Notes under the pieces: generated by a model
Seen by the model: the letters and a program-made list of their open reading frames with translations, nothing else
Database searches by the model: none
What the model was told of the DNA's origin: nothing
In this document: in pieces, positions 62,941 through 64,000 of the stretch
Numbering within the stretch: position 1 is the first letter of the stretch
How the letters are laid out: every line of letters starts with the position of its first letter
Source of the DNA: Dehalococcoidia bacterium
GTDB lineage: Bacteria; Chloroflexota; Dehalococcoidia; UBA2979
DNA: 64,000 nucleotides
Direction: 5' to 3'
NCBI GenBank assembly: GCA_965207415.1
Contig: CBDBMD010000003.1
Location: 2,401,225-2,465,224 of the forward strand
Translations under genes and position numbers: made by a program

Positions 62941-64000
62941 ATGCTGAAACTGGCGATCTCGTGCGGAGGCGCGACCTACGCAATCCAGGACTTCGACGAG
63001 ACGACGGTCTACGCGCAGGAGGCGGAGAAGATCGGCGTTGACACGATCTGGACCGCCGAGGCCTGGATCCACGACGCGATCACGCCGCTCGCCTACCTCG
63101 CGGGCAAGACGGAGAAGGTGCGGCTGGGCACGGGCATCATGCAGGTCGGCGCGCGCACGCCGGCGATGGCCGCGATGACCGCGATGACGATGACGCGGCT
63201 GACCGGCGGGCGTTTCATCATGGGCTTCGGCACCTCCGGGCCGCAGGTGATCGAGGGCTGGCACGGCATCTCCTTCGACCGCCCGGTCGCGCGCACGCGC
63301 GAGTACATCGAGGTGGTCCGCCGCGCCGTCAGCGGTGAGCCGCTGACCTACGAGGGCGAGTTCTACACGCTCCCGCTGCCCGGCGGAGACGGCAAGGCGC
63401 TGCGCCCGACCGGCGCCGCGACGCCCGACGTGCCGATCTGGATCGCCTCGATCGGCCCTCGCAACCTGGAGCTGACCGGCGAGCTGGCGGACGGCTGGCT
63501 GGGCACGGTCTTCATCCCGGAGGAGGCTGAGCTGTTCTTCTCCCACATCCGCACGGGCGCCGAGCGCGCGGGGCGCGACTTCGACGCGATCGAGAAGCAG
63601 ACGGGCGCAGGCGTGTGGTTCGCCGACGACGATGAGGAGCTAAACCGGGCGCTGGATGCGCTGAGCGTCGGCGTCGCGTTCAGCCTCGGCGGGATGGGCT
63701 CGCGCCGCTACAACTTCTACAACCGCGCCTACGCGCGCCAGGGCTACGCCGACGAGGCGAAGCTGGTGCAGAACCTCTGGCTCGACGGCAAGCGCGACGA
63801 GGCGCGCGCGGCGGTGCCGCGGGAGCTGGCAGCCAAGGTCAACCTCGTGGGCGACGACGCGATGGTGAAGGAGCGGCTGCGCCTCTACCACGACATCGGG
63901 ATGGACATGATCTTCGTCTCGCCGCACGGCGACACGATCGAGGAGCGCCTCGAGACGCTGGGGCGGACGATGGACCTCGTGAACGCGGTCAACGCGGAGG
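62941..64000 (+). CDS. Luciferase-like (LLM) flavin/F420-dependent oxidoreductase; 3' end cut by window edge
   Basis: ATG 62941 after GAGGAGGG, open to the window end, so it is absent from the ORF track. Motifs: VDTIWTAEAW and RFIMGFGTSGPQVIEGWHG. Confidence 0.85.
   Translation, partial: MLKLAISCGGATYAIQDFDETTVYAQEAEKIGVDTIWTAEAWIHDAITPLAYLAGKTEKVRLGTGIMQVGARTPAMAAMTAMTMTRLTGGRFIMGFGTSGPQVIEGWHGISFDRPVARTREYIEVVRRAVSGEPLTYEGEFYTLPLPGGDGKALRPTGAATPDVPIWIASIGPRNLELTGELADGWLGTVFIPEEAELFFSHIRTGAERAGRDFDAIEKQTGAGVWFADDDEELNRALDALSVGVAFSLGGMGSRRYNFYNRAYARQGYADEAKLVQNLWLDGKRDEARAAVPRELAAKVNLVGDDAMVKERLRLYHDIGMDMIFVSPHGDTIEERLETLGRTMDLVNAVNAE

Overview
This is a high-GC bacterial chromosomal segment; hand-counted lines outside the cassettes are about 70% G+C. 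Coding density is high on both strands. No rRNA genes, CRISPR arrays, integrases or transposases were seen. The backbone is a very paralogous acyl-CoA catabolic region. It holds seven family III (CaiB/BaiF) CoA-transferase domains, two of them in fused two-domain proteins. It also holds six crotonase-fold hydratases, seven luciferase-like (LLM) flavin/F420-type oxidoreductases, and a classical thiolase with a 3-hydroxyacyl-CoA dehydrogenase. Further members are an SCP-x-type thiolase with a DUF35 partner, a MaoC hydratase pair with a second DUF35 protein and an acyl-CoA dehydrogenase pair (igr/Chs-like), several SDRs and Zn-ADHs, and a KstD-like flavoprotein. Other identifiable genes are larE/larB/larC (nickel-pincer cofactor synthesis, no larA in the window), a family-5 ABC importer without ATPase genes, tRNA-Arg(UCG), crcB, a tandem NIPSNAP duplication and yqgE/algH. 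Small lower-GC accessory cassettes sit exactly at operon boundaries. These are two vapBC pairs (one vapC frameshifted), a DUF5678-like protein with a retropepsin-like protease, and a Uma2 nuclease gene flanked by an 18-bp direct repeat. They also include a PD-(D/E)xK nuclease fused to a Cys-less MGMT/ATL-like domain and a secreted thermonuclease. The sharpest compositional anomaly is a two-gene cassette at about 50.8-52.6 kb, and it is my best candidate for an undescribed system. It encodes a 523-aa protein that looks like a degenerate P-loop kinase fused to an NDT/SLOG-like domain, plus a 71-aa partner. All functional calls rest on reading motifs in the supplied translations by eye; no database search was possible. 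Many long ORFs in the six-frame track are alternative-frame artefacts of the high GC content and were ignored.
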